A DNA stretch of 64,000 nucleotides from an uncultured bacterium (GTDB lineage Bacteria > Margulisbacteria > WOR-1 > JAKLHX01), in contig CAZQZN010000003.1 of the NCBI GenBank assembly GCA_964597815.1, positions 8,519 through 72,518 of the forward strand, in the 5' to 3' direction. Each line of letters opens with the position of its first letter. The stretch's first letter is position 1. The position numbers and the translations under genes were made by a program. A model generated the notes under the pieces. It was not told where the DNA came from. It saw nothing but the letters and a program-made list of their open reading frames with translations, and ran no database searches. Below, one piece after another: positions 32,325 to 41,717 of the stretch.

Positions 32325-33580
32325 TAAATTTTAGAATGCTGAAAAAATCAGATATTCCTCTTTGGATATGCGTTGGAATACTGATATTGTTTGGTTTTGC
32401 TTTTATTTATTCTTCCACTTTTGCAATGCTTTCTAGAAAGGCTGTGTTGGCTACAAACCGATTTATAGATCCTTATATTTATTTAAAAAGACATTTTTTT
32501 TCATTTTTGATTGGTTTATTTTTTATGGGATTGTTCTCATATACTGATTATAAAAACCTAAAAAATTTATCTTATCCGCTTTATTTGCTAATGATACTTA
32601 TGCTTTTATTGGTATTGGTAATTGGTTATGAGTCCTACGGCGCGCAGAGATGGTTAGGAATCGGATTTTTTAGTTTTCAGCCGTCAGAAATTTCAAAATT
32701 GATTTTGATAATTGTTCTTGCAAAATATTTTTCTGACTTGGGCAAAGTTGAGCGTATTTCACAATTAATTCCTGTAGCAATTCTTGTTGCAATTCCGTTT
32801 TTTTTGGTTTTTAAGCAACCTGATTTAGGAACATCATTGGTTTTTATTGCAATTGCTTTTGGCATGATTATTTGGTCTCAAGATAATGTTGTAATTGTAT
32901 TGTTGATGCTTCTTCCTGTTGTTAGCGCTTTTTTAAGTTTTCATTTTTCTTTTTGGCTTATTCTATTTACTCTTTCTGTTGTTTTGCTTTTTATCTTTAA
33001 GGCAAAAATTTCGGAATGGATTTCTGTTTTAGGTGCAAATGTTTTTGTTCTTTTTGCAGTGCCTGTTTTTTGGAATATGTTAAGAGATTATCAAAAACAG
33101 AGATTGTTGACTTTTTTGGATCCTTATAAAGATCCATTTGGAGCTGGTTATCATACGATACAATCTTTAATTGCTATTGGTTCTGGTGGCATCTTTGGAA
33201 GAGGGTTTTTAAAAGGAACACAGACGCAACTTCAATTTATTCCGCAGCAATGGACAGATTTTATTTTTTCAGCTATTGGTGAGGAACTAGGCTTTATTGG
33301 TTCAGTATTTATTATATTGATCTTTGCAATTTTGGTTTGGAGAGCATTTTATATTGCATCAAATTCAAGGGATTTTTATGGGAGTATTTTGGCTTCCGGA
33401 ATAGGGATAATGTTTTTGTTTCACTTTTTTGTCAATGTTGCCATGACTCTTGGGATTGCTCCTGTTGTCGGCATACCACTTCCTTTTATAAGTTTTGGTG
33501 GCACCTCGCTTATCATAAGCATGAGTTGTATTGGGATTTTACAAAGCATATCAATGCGGCGAGAGAAGCTGTTTTTTTGA
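32321..33580 (+). CDS. SEDS-family peptidoglycan glycosyltransferase (RodA/FtsW)
   Basis: Ten TM segments, QPSEISKL, and C-terminal PLPFISFGGTSL. Confidence 0.85.
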   Translation: MINFRMLKKSDIPLWICVGILILFGFAFIYSSTFAMLSRKAVLATNRFIDPYIYLKRHFFSFLIGLFFMGLFSYTDYKNLKNLSYPLYLLMILMLLLVLVIGYESYGAQRWLGIGFFSFQPSEISKLILIIVLAKYFSDLGKVERISQLIPVAILVAIPFFLVFKQPDLGTSLVFIAIAFGMIIWSQDNVVIVLLMLLPVVSAFLSFHFSFWLILFTLSVVLLFIFKAKISEWISVLGANVFVLFAVPVFWNMLRDYQKQRLLTFLDPYKDPFGAGYHTIQSLIAIGSGGIFGRGFLKGTQTQLQFIPQQWTDFIFSAIGEELGFIGSVFIILIFAILVWRAFYIASNSRDFYGSILASGIGIMFLFHFFVNVAMTLGIAPVVGIPLPFISFGGTSLIISMSCIGILQSISMRREKLFF

Positions 33581-33605
33581 AAAAATTTGAAGGGGAGCAT
33601 AATAT

Positions 33606-33836
33606 ATGAAAAGTAAAATTGACGGTGTGATAGACAGGTTTGAGGGTGATTATGCGGTGATATTAGTTGGGCCAGATCAAGAAGAAACAATAGATTTTCC
33701 AAAATCGCTTTTGCCAAAAGATGTTTCAGAAAGTGATTTGGTTTCTATTTCTGTTTCTATTAAAAAAAACAAGACCGAAAGAGCGAAAAAAGAAGTTATG
33801 AAGATGATTGACGAGTTAAAAAAGAAAAATGTTTGA
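33606..33836 (+). CDS. Small DUF3006-like protein
   Basis: GVIDRFEGDYAVIL... pattern, 76 aa. Confidence 0.4.
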   Translation: MKSKIDGVIDRFEGDYAVILVGPDQEETIDFPKSLLPKDVSESDLVSISVSIKKNKTERAKKEVMKMIDELKKKNV

Positions 33837-33878
33837 TATACAAAAATTTCTTTTGTTATTATATTTCCGGAGGAATAA

Positions 33879-34826
33879 ATGAAGTATTTTATTTTGGGCG
33901 GTGCGGGATTCATAGGAAGCAATCTTTTAGCGAGATTATTTGAGGAAGAAAAAGATTTTGAAGCTATTGTCTTTGACAATTTGTCTTCCGGGAAAATGGA
34001 ATATATTTCTGATTTCATAAACACTAAAAATTGCCGTTTTATCAACGATGATATTAAAAACTTGGAATCATTGATTAATTCAATGAAGGGAGTTGATATC
34101 GTTTATCATTTTGCATCAAATCCTGATATCTCAAAAGCAGTAAAACAGCCTGATATTGATTTTTGGGAAGGGACTTATTTGACAAATAATATTCTGGAAG
34201 CGATGAGGACAAATGGAGTCAAAAAGCTCCTTTATGCATCTGGAAGCGGCGTATATGGTGAAGTTGGAATGAATAAAGTAAAAGAAGATTATTCTCCTAT
34301 GCTTCCTATATCTACCTACGGTGCTAGCAAATTGGGTTGTGAAGCTCTGATATGTTCATATTCTTATATGTTTGGTATTGATGCTGTTGCTTTTAGATTC
34401 GCAAATGTTGTAGGGCCAAATCAAACACACGGTGTTGCTTATGATTTTATCAGAAAGTTAAAACAAACTTCTTCTCAGCTTGAGATATTGGGCGATGGCA
34501 CTCAAGACAAATCCTATATTTATGTTTCAGATGTTATTGATGCAATGCGATTGGTAGAAAAAAAATATTTAAATGATTTTAATTATTTCAATGTGGCAAC
34601 CGAGGATTCAATTACAGTAAAACAAATTGCGGATATTGTTGTGAATTTAATGGGATTAAAAGATGTAAAATATATTTATAGCGGTGGCAGCCGAGGTTGG
34701 AAGGGCGATGTTCCAAAAATTTATTTGGATTCAACAAAGATCAGAAAGCTCGGCTGGAAAAATAAATTTAACTCTCATGAGGCGATAATGAGATCTGTAA
34801 GAGAAATGCTTGAAAAATCTGCTTGA
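33879..34826 (+). CDS. NAD-dependent epimerase/dehydratase (extended SDR)
   Basis: GGAGFIGSNL Rossmann motif and YGASK (YxxxK). 315 aa. Confidence 0.8.
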   Translation: MKYFILGGAGFIGSNLLARLFEEEKDFEAIVFDNLSSGKMEYISDFINTKNCRFINDDIKNLESLINSMKGVDIVYHFASNPDISKAVKQPDIDFWEGTYLTNNILEAMRTNGVKKLLYASGSGVYGEVGMNKVKEDYSPMLPISTYGASKLGCEALICSYSYMFGIDAVAFRFANVVGPNQTHGVAYDFIRKLKQTSSQLEILGDGTQDKSYIYVSDVIDAMRLVEKKYLNDFNYFNVATEDSITVKQIADIVVNLMGLKDVKYIYSGGSRGWKGDVPKIYLDSTKIRKLGWKNKFNSHEAIMRSVREMLEKSA

Positions 34827-35635
34827 AAGTGGTGTGGTTTGGATTTATGGGATTATTAGATTTATTTGCAAAAAAACAATCTCCCTTGGAAGTCCCTGAT
34901 GAAAATTTGCCTCAGGTTAAAACATGTGTTTATGCAACATGTTTCAATGAATCAGCTATCTTGCCTTTTTTTCTTGAATATTATCTTTCGTTTTGTGATG
35001 AAGTTGTTATATATGACAATTCCTCAACAGATAATTCGGTTGCAATAGTAAATTCTTATCCGCGAACAAGGGTTGTAAGTTATGACACTGGTGAGAATAG
35101 AGATGACATACTTTTAATTATGAAAAACAATATGTGGAAAGAAGCAAGGCCAAGATTTGATTTTGTTATAGTTGTAGATCCTGATGAATTTGTTTATTAT
35201 CCCAATATAAAAAAACTTTTGCGTTATTGCAAAAAGGAAAATATAACTATATTGCACCCAAAAGGATTTAATATGGTAAGCGAAAATTTTCCGCAAAAAG
35301 GCATTTCAATTATTGATCAGATAAAAAATGGTGTGCCAGAGTGGCATTACAGCAAAAAATGCGTATTCAACCCCAATAAAATTAGGGAAATAAATTATAC
35401 TGTTGGTGCTCATAAAGCTGTACCAAGAGGCAAAGTTAAATATTTTTCTTCTCCCGATTTAAAACTTTTGCATTATAGATACATTGGCCTTGAATATTAT
35501 TTGAGCAAAATAAAAAACGCAAGGCAATCCGAAGTCAACCGAAAAAATAATTGGGGGGCTTATTTGGATTATCCGCAAGAATATCATGTGAACAAGTTTA
35601 ATGAAATATTATCAAAAGCCCAAAAGGTAATATAA
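34823..35635 (+). CDS. Glycosyltransferase family 2-like (Glyco_tranf_2_4 type)
   Basis: CFNESAILPFFLEYY...VIYDNSSTDNS and a DPDEF acidic motif. Confidence 0.55.
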   Translation: MKVVWFGFMGLLDLFAKKQSPLEVPDENLPQVKTCVYATCFNESAILPFFLEYYLSFCDEVVIYDNSSTDNSVAIVNSYPRTRVVSYDTGENRDDILLIMKNNMWKEARPRFDFVIVVDPDEFVYYPNIKKLLRYCKKENITILHPKGFNMVSENFPQKGISIIDQIKNGVPEWHYSKKCVFNPNKIREINYTVGAHKAVPRGKVKYFSSPDLKLLHYRYIGLEYYLSKIKNARQSEVNRKNNWGAYLDYPQEYHVNKFNEILSKAQKVI

Positions 35636-35636
35636 A

Positions 35637-36617
35637 GTGATAATAACAAGAAGTCCTTTAAGAATTTCTCTCGGCGGTGGAGGTACTGATTTGCCTTCTT
35701 ATTACAGCCAATATGGTGGTTTTTTGATCGCCGCGGCAATTGATAAATATGTTTATATTACCTTATACAAAATGTTTAATCCCGGTTATTTATTAAAATA
35801 CTCCCAGCTTGAAAGAGTTGAAAAAATAGATGAAATAAAACATCCAATAATAAGAGAATCTCTTAAAATGCTGAATTTTGAAAATGATCATTTGGAAATA
35901 ACAAGCATGGCTGATATTCCTGCAGGTACAGGGCTTGGATCTTCTGGAAGTTTTACCACGGCCCTGTTAAAAGCACTTCATATTTTCAAAAGAAATTTGG
36001 TGCATCCAAAAGAATTGGCTGAGCAGGCATGCGAAATAGAGATAAACAGATTGCAAGAACCAATTGGTAAACAAGATCAATATATTGCCGCTTATGGCGG
36101 GCTTACGTGTTTTACTTTTGAGAGAAACGGGAATGTGCTGGCTGAACCACTAAAAATTTCAAAAGAAACTTTGTTTGATTTGGAAGATAATCTCTTGCTT
36201 TTTTTTACAGGATATTCAAGATCAGCTTCATCAATTTTGAAAGAACAAGATCAGAAAAGTAAAAATAATTCAAAAGAAATGGTTGATAATTTGCACTTTA
36301 TCAAAGAGCTTGGACTAAAAAGCAAAGCTGCACTTGAAAATGGAAATATGCAGGAATTTGGCGATTTGATGAATATCCATTGGGAATATAAGAAAAAAAG
36401 ATCTTCCTCTATGACTAATCCAAAAATAAACGAATGGTATGAAACAGCTTTGAAAAACGGAGCAATTGGCGGGAAACTTATAGGCGCCGGTGGCGGAGGA
36501 TTTTTGATGTTTTATGCTTCTGACAAATCTAAATTAAGGCATGCAATGATGGCTCAAGGTTTGGAAGAGATTAGATTTAGATTTGATTTTGAAGGCACAA
36601 AGGCGGTTGTTCAGTGA
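35637..36617 (+). CDS. hddA: GHMP kinase, probable D-glycero-alpha-D-manno-heptose 7-phosphate kinase
   Basis: GHMP ATP-binding motif PAGTGLGSSGS. Sits alongside hddC, gmhA and gmhB. Confidence 0.7.
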   Translation: MIITRSPLRISLGGGGTDLPSYYSQYGGFLIAAAIDKYVYITLYKMFNPGYLLKYSQLERVEKIDEIKHPIIRESLKMLNFENDHLEITSMADIPAGTGLGSSGSFTTALLKALHIFKRNLVHPKELAEQACEIEINRLQEPIGKQDQYIAAYGGLTCFTFERNGNVLAEPLKISKETLFDLEDNLLLFFTGYSRSASSILKEQDQKSKNNSKEMVDNLHFIKELGLKSKAALENGNMQEFGDLMNIHWEYKKKRSSSMTNPKINEWYETALKNGAIGGKLIGAGGGGFLMFYASDKSKLRHAMMAQGLEEIRFRFDFEGTKAVVQ

Positions 36618-37318
36618 TGCTGCCAAAAGTTGCAATTCTTGCCGGCGGTCTTTCGACTCGCCTTTATCCAGTAACCAAAACAATTCCGAAATCATTGGTG
36701 GAAGTTGATGGGAAACCATTTATTGATTATCAATTAAGAATGTTGGCAGCAAAAAGCATAAAAAGCGTAGTTTTATGTGTTGGTTATTTGGGTGAAATGA
36801 TAGAAGAATATGTTAAAGATGGGGGAAAATATAACCTTCAAGTGGATTATTCTTTTGATGGAGAAAAACTGCTTGGCACTGGTGGTGCGTTAAAAAAAGC
36901 ACTGCCAAAACTATCAGATGATTTTTTTGTGATGTACGGAGATTCTTTTATTGAACCCGAATTTGATAAAATTTATCAGCACTATTTAAATGTTGGCAAA
37001 AAAGCGATTGTTGTTGTTTACAAAAATTTTGATAGGTGGGACAAAAGCAATATCATATATAAAAACGGAATAATTCTCGAATATGATAAGAAGAATAAAT
37101 TGCCCGAAATGGATTACATTGATTGGGGATTATCTTTGTTGAATAAAAAACATTTTGAAAGTATTGAGGAAGGAAAAGAAACTGATCTTTCTGAAATTTT
37201 AAAATCTCTTGCAGATAAGAAGGAACTCTATGGCTATGAGGTTTTTGAAAGATTTTATGAAATTGGTTCATTTAATGGACTAAACGAAGTTAGAAAAAAG
37301 ATAGGAGAGAGAAAATGA
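36614..37318 (+). CDS. hddC: Sugar-1-phosphate nucleotidyltransferase, probable D-glycero-alpha-D-manno-heptose 1-phosphate guanylyltransferase
   Basis: VAILAGGLSTRLYPVTKTIPKSLVEV N-terminal NTP-transferase motif. 234 aa. Confidence 0.7.
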   Translation: MMLPKVAILAGGLSTRLYPVTKTIPKSLVEVDGKPFIDYQLRMLAAKSIKSVVLCVGYLGEMIEEYVKDGGKYNLQVDYSFDGEKLLGTGGALKKALPKLSDDFFVMYGDSFIEPEFDKIYQHYLNVGKKAIVVVYKNFDRWDKSNIIYKNGIILEYDKKNKLPEMDYIDWGLSLLNKKHFESIEEGKETDLSEILKSLADKKELYGYEVFERFYEIGSFNGLNEVRKKIGERK

Positions 37319-37910
37319 AATATATTGATAAGTACTTTGATGCTGCAAACAATTGCTTGATAAAATTGACAAAAAAGATATCAAAAAAATACTTGAAATA
37401 CTTGTAAAAGTCAAAGAAAAAAATGCCCGCCTTTTTATCATAGGTGTTGGGGGCGGTGCGGGCAATGCCGGACATGCAGTAAATGATTTTAGAAAAATTG
37501 CTGGTATAGAGACTTATGCACCTACTGACAATGTTTCAGAATTGACTGCTCGTGCAAATGATGATGGCTGGGACAGCGTTTTTGTAAGCTGGCTAAAAAC
37601 AAGCAAGTTGTCAAAGGATGATTGTGTTTTTGTTTTTTCTGTTGGCGGGGGAGATGCTCAAAGAAAAATAAGCAACAATATAGTTGAAGCACTTAAATAT
37701 GCAAAAGATGTTGGCTCAAAAATTATTGGTATTGTTGGCAGAAATGGCGGTTTTACTGCAGAAGTTGCTGATGCTATTGTTTTAATACCCGTTGTAAATG
37801 AAGACTTGACAACACCATTAACAGAATCTTTTCAAGCGGTTGTTTGGCATCTTTTGGTCTCACATCCTCTTTTAAAATCAAATGAAATGAAATGGGAATC
37901 AATTAAATAA
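37315..37910 (+). CDS. gmhA: Phosphoheptose (sedoheptulose 7-phosphate) isomerase, SIS domain. An apparent 1-nt frameshift separates the first 15 codons from the rest.
   Basis: SIS motif IIGVGGGAGNAGHAVNDF, SVGGGDAQ. The ATG at ~37315 overlaps the hddC stop (ATGA) and encodes MKYIDKYFDAANNCL in the +1 frame relative to the main ORF, which starts at TTG 37353. Confidence 0.75.
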
Positions 37911-37911
37911 A

Positions 37912-38490
37912 ATGAATAAGGCAGTTTTTCTTGACAGAGATGGAGTAATAAATCAGCTTATCGTAAATCCATTGACACAAGAGGTTGAATCTCCGAATAA
38001 TCCCTCTGAATTAGTAATATTACCCGGTGTGATTGAAGCTTTAAAAAAAATCTTAAAGGCTGATTATTTGCTTTTTATTATCTCTAATCAACCAAGTTAT
38101 GCAAAAGGCAAAACCTCTTTGGAAAATCTTTTTGCTGTTCATGATAAGTTGCATTCAGTTTTTGTTGAAAATGGGATACTTTTTTCGGAGTATTATTACT
38201 GTTATCACCATCCTGAAGGGATTATCCCAGAATATTCAATAAAGTGTGATTGCCGAAAACCCGGTCAAAAAAATGTTATTGATGCCATAAAAAAATATAA
38301 TCTTGATGTTAATAAATCTTGGTTTGTTGGCGATCAGGATATGGATATTGAGTGTGGGAAAATTGCTGGCATAAAAACGATTTTAATTGAAAATGAATTG
38401 TCAATTTCAAAAAGAGGCAAAACTAATCCTGATTATTTTGCAAAAAATCTGCCACAAGCAGTTGATATAATATTAAAAAATGAAAGTTAA
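37912..38490 (+). CDS. gmhB: D,D-heptose 1,7-bisphosphate phosphatase (HAD-IIIA)
   Basis: AVFLDRDGVIN, GDQDMD. 192 aa. Confidence 0.8.
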   Translation: MNKAVFLDRDGVINQLIVNPLTQEVESPNNPSELVILPGVIEALKKILKADYLLFIISNQPSYAKGKTSLENLFAVHDKLHSVFVENGILFSEYYYCYHHPEGIIPEYSIKCDCRKPGQKNVIDAIKKYNLDVNKSWFVGDQDMDIECGKIAGIKTILIENELSISKRGKTNPDYFAKNLPQAVDIILKNES

Positions 38491-38501
38491 GGATTAAAAC
38501 A

Positions 38502-39221
38502 ATGAAATTGTTAAAAGATCTGAAAGTAAAAATATTTTCTGATGGTGCAGATATAGATCAAATGAAAGCAGCATATAAGGAAGGCATAATCAAAGGATTT
38601 ACGACCAATCCAACTCTAATGAGAAAGGCCAATGTTTTGGATTATGAAAAATTTGCCAAAGAGCTTTTATCCGAAATAAAAGATCTTCCAATTTCTTTTG
38701 AGGTTTTTTCAGATGATTTTTCTGAAATGGAAAAAGAAGCGCTAAAAATTGCAGGCTGGGGCAAAAATGTCAACATAAAAATTCCAATTACAAATACAAA
38801 AGGGCACTCCTCAATTCCTTTGATAAAAAAACTTTCTGAAAGAGGATTGTTTCTTAATATAACAGCAATTTTGACAATAGAACAAGTAAAGCAAGTTTCT
38901 CAAGCCATTTCCCCAAGTTCCAAAACTATTGTTTCTGTTTTTGCTGGAAGGATAGCGGACACTGGCAGGGATCCCAAGCCGATAATGAAAGAGGCAAAAA
39001 AAATTCTTTCCACCAATGAAAATGCATATCTTTTGTGGGCAAGTTCAAGAGAATTGCTAAATATCTTTGAGGCAGAAGAGTGTGGCTGCGATATAATTAC
39101 GGTAACAAGTGATATTTTGAAAAAACTTCATTTGATCGGCAAAGATTTGTCTGAACTCTCTTTAGATACTGTAAAAATGTTTTATGATGATGCAATGAAG
39201 GCTGGGTACAAAATTTTGTAA
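38502..39221 (+). CDS. Transaldolase / fructose-6-phosphate aldolase family (short TalC/MipB type)
   Basis: FSDGADIDQ, FTTNPTLM, Schiff-base Lys region NVNIKIP. 239 aa. Confidence 0.8.
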   Translation: MKLLKDLKVKIFSDGADIDQMKAAYKEGIIKGFTTNPTLMRKANVLDYEKFAKELLSEIKDLPISFEVFSDDFSEMEKEALKIAGWGKNVNIKIPITNTKGHSSIPLIKKLSERGLFLNITAILTIEQVKQVSQAISPSSKTIVSVFAGRIADTGRDPKPIMKEAKKILSTNENAYLLWASSRELLNIFEAEECGCDIITVTSDILKKLHLIGKDLSELSLDTVKMFYDDAMKAGYKIL

Positions 39222-39267
39222 TTTTGCTATTTCAGAATATGGCTGTTTTATAAATCGGAGACATTTA

Positions 39268-40371
39268 TTGGAAAAAATTGATTTTGCTATTATTGGTGCT
39301 GGGGTTATAGGGCTGTCGATCGCATATAATCTTTCAAAAAACAAATCAGCTGAGATAGTTGTATTTGAAAAAAATGATTCTTTTGGGCAGGGAATATCAA
39401 GCAGAAACAGCGAAGTGATCCACGCTGGAATATATTATCCAATAAATTCATTGAAAAGCCGCCTTTGCATTAATGGCAATAAATTGCTTTATGAGTTTTG
39501 TCAAGAACACAGTATTCCGTTTAATAAATGCGGGAAAATTATCGTTGCTACTAATGGTTCCGAATTAAAACTGTTGGATAAAATTTTTGACAATGCTGTT
39601 GATTGCGGTGCCTCAGGCTTAAAAAAACTTACAGAAAAAGAAATAAAAAACATTGAGCCGGAAGTTTTTGCTGTTGGGGGGATATATTCATCGGAAAGCG
39701 GAATATTAAATACTCATTCCCTCATGCAAAAATTATTTGACTTATCAAAAGATAACGGTGTTATGTATTCTTTTAAGAGTGAAGTTGTTGATATAAAAAG
39801 AAAAGACGATGGTTATTATATAAAATCTCAAAAAGAAGAAATACTTACAAAATTTGTGATAAATTGTGCCGGGTTGCAAAGTGATAAAATAGCAAAGATT
39901 GCTGGATTTGATATTGAAAAACTCGGGTATAAAATTTATTATTGCAAAGGTGATTATTTTGCTGTTTCTTCTTCAAAGGATAAATTGAAACATCTTGTTT
40001 ATCCAGTTCCTCATGAAAAAGGTTATGGTTTGGGAGTACATGCAACTATAGATTTGTCCGGCAGAATAAGGTTAGGCCCGGATGCAAATTATGTTGATTT
40101 AGAAAATTATGAAGTTGATTCAAACAAATTAGATGATTTTTATCAATCTGCCAAAAAATATCTTCCATGGCTAAAAAAAGAATATCTTATGCCCGACACT
40201 TCTGGCATAAGGCCAAAGATTCAAGGTCCTGATGATTCAATTAAGGATTTTATCATAAATGAGGAAAGCGAGAATGGTTTTCCTAATTTTATTAATTTAA
40301 TTGGAATTGAATCTCCGGGATTGACAAGCTGTTTAGCTATTGCCGATCTCGTTGATGAAATTATTGACTGA
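39268..40371 (+). CDS. FAD-dependent oxidoreductase (DAO / L-2-hydroxyglutarate oxidase-like)
   Basis: FAD motif IIGAGVIGLSIAY. TTG start. 367 aa. Confidence 0.7.
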   Translation: MEKIDFAIIGAGVIGLSIAYNLSKNKSAEIVVFEKNDSFGQGISSRNSEVIHAGIYYPINSLKSRLCINGNKLLYEFCQEHSIPFNKCGKIIVATNGSELKLLDKIFDNAVDCGASGLKKLTEKEIKNIEPEVFAVGGIYSSESGILNTHSLMQKLFDLSKDNGVMYSFKSEVVDIKRKDDGYYIKSQKEEILTKFVINCAGLQSDKIAKIAGFDIEKLGYKIYYCKGDYFAVSSSKDKLKHLVYPVPHEKGYGLGVHATIDLSGRIRLGPDANYVDLENYEVDSNKLDDFYQSAKKYLPWLKKEYLMPDTSGIRPKIQGPDDSIKDFIINEESENGFPNFINLIGIESPGLTSCLAIADLVDEIID

Positions 40372-40469
40372 TTATTTAAAAATTTTTAGATTGATTTTGA
40401 TGTGGTAATTGATAATTTTTTATTTGCTTAAATTTTCATAGCGGTGCATATGCCAAACTTATTGTGCGA

Positions 40470-40498
40470 TTGACAACAAATTGCTATATTGCTATAAT
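40470..40498 (+). promoter_or_regulatory. Perfect-consensus sigma70 promoter (TTGACA, 17 nt spacer, TATAAT) at the head of the nonulosonate sub-operon
   Basis: ttgaca at 40470-40475 and tataat at 40493-40498, inside a 175 nt intergenic gap and ~45 nt upstream of the Fe-ADH start. Confidence 0.55.
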
Positions 40499-40546
40499 GT
40501 TCAAAAATTGAACGGTTGTATTTAAATTACTTGGGGTGTTTTTATT

Positions 40547-41704
40547 GTGAGGGATTTTAGATTTTTTTTGTCAACAGATTTGAGGTTTGGTAATAATCAA
40601 TGCTTAAAATTGCCTGATTATATAAAAGATTTAGGTCATTCTAAAATTGCTTTGATTATCGATAATGGAGTCGTAAATAACCAACAGGTCATTAAATGTA
40701 TTAATTCACTAAAAGATAATAATATTTCCTTTGATATTTATGTAAACGAATCTGTTGAGCCAACTTATGATTATCTTGAAGATTTTAGAAAAAGATTCAT
40801 TGGCAAAAGTTATGATTGTTTGGTAGGAATAGGTGGCGGAAGCACTCTCGATCTTACAAAGGGTATTGCCACACTTTTAACTAATGATGGAGAAGCTATA
40901 TCATTTAGAGGATTCCCAAAATTAAAGAACAAACCTCTTCCAATTATTGCAATTCCAACAACTGCTGGGACGGGAAGCGAAGTTACCTATAATGCTGTAT
41001 TTACGGATTCAAAAGAAAAGAAAAAACTCGGAATTAATTCCACATTAAATTTTCCATCTTTAGCTATTATTGATCCTTTGATCTATATTGGAATGCCTGA
41101 AAAAGCTGCAATTTCTTCTGGATGCGATGCTCTTGTCCATACATTAGAAAGTTATGTTCATAAAAACAATACTCCAATTTCAAGAATTTTTTCTAAAGAA
41201 GCATTCCGATTGTTATTCAATAATCTAAACAGGTTATTGGAAGATTTTAACAATACTGATATTTGGGGAGCGCTTTCATTAGGCGCTTATTTAGCAGGTA
41301 TTGCGCTTATAAATGCGGGATCTGGGCCTTCTGGCGCATTTTCTTATCCGCTTGGGGCCGTTTATAAAGTGCCACATGGATACGCTGGCGCAGTTTTTAT
41401 TTCCAAAATTACAAAAATAAATGTTGAAAAAGGATATACTGATTATGCGGATCTTTACGATTTGATAGAAGGAGCTGATAAAACTATTTCAAACGAAGAT
41501 AAAAATTTAAAGTTTGCTGTTGAGTTACAAAATTTAATGGATAAGTTAAAAGTCCCAAGAAATTTAAGGGATTTTGGTTTAAAAAAGCCTGATATTGAAT
41601 TTTTGCTGTCACAATATGATATTTTAAAAGGGGCAATTGATCAAAACCCTATTGAAATAACTAAAGAAGATTGCAAAAAAATGTTTCAAGAATTATTTGA
41701 ATAA
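40547..41704 (+). CDS. Iron-containing (group III) alcohol dehydrogenase family protein
   Basis: GGGSTLDLTKGIA and AIPTTAGTGSEVT, the metal-binding His region. GTG start. Confidence 0.75.
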   Translation: MRDFRFFLSTDLRFGNNQCLKLPDYIKDLGHSKIALIIDNGVVNNQQVIKCINSLKDNNISFDIYVNESVEPTYDYLEDFRKRFIGKSYDCLVGIGGGSTLDLTKGIATLLTNDGEAISFRGFPKLKNKPLPIIAIPTTAGTGSEVTYNAVFTDSKEKKKLGINSTLNFPSLAIIDPLIYIGMPEKAAISSGCDALVHTLESYVHKNNTPISRIFSKEAFRLLFNNLNRLLEDFNNTDIWGALSLGAYLAGIALINAGSGPSGAFSYPLGAVYKVPHGYAGAVFISKITKINVEKGYTDYADLYDLIEGADKTISNEDKNLKFAVELQNLMDKLKVPRNLRDFGLKKPDIEFLLSQYDILKGAIDQNPIEITKEDCKKMFQELFE

Positions 41705-41717
41705 AAGGAGAAAACTT

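Noticed and set aside
37250-37320. Apparent 1-nt discrepancy between my hand reading of the printed bases and the supplied ORF track (the hddC stop would fall at 37317 rather than 37318)
   Set aside because: Probably my own transcription slip on one line. The ORF track was treated as authoritative and nearby coordinates flagged as +/-1.
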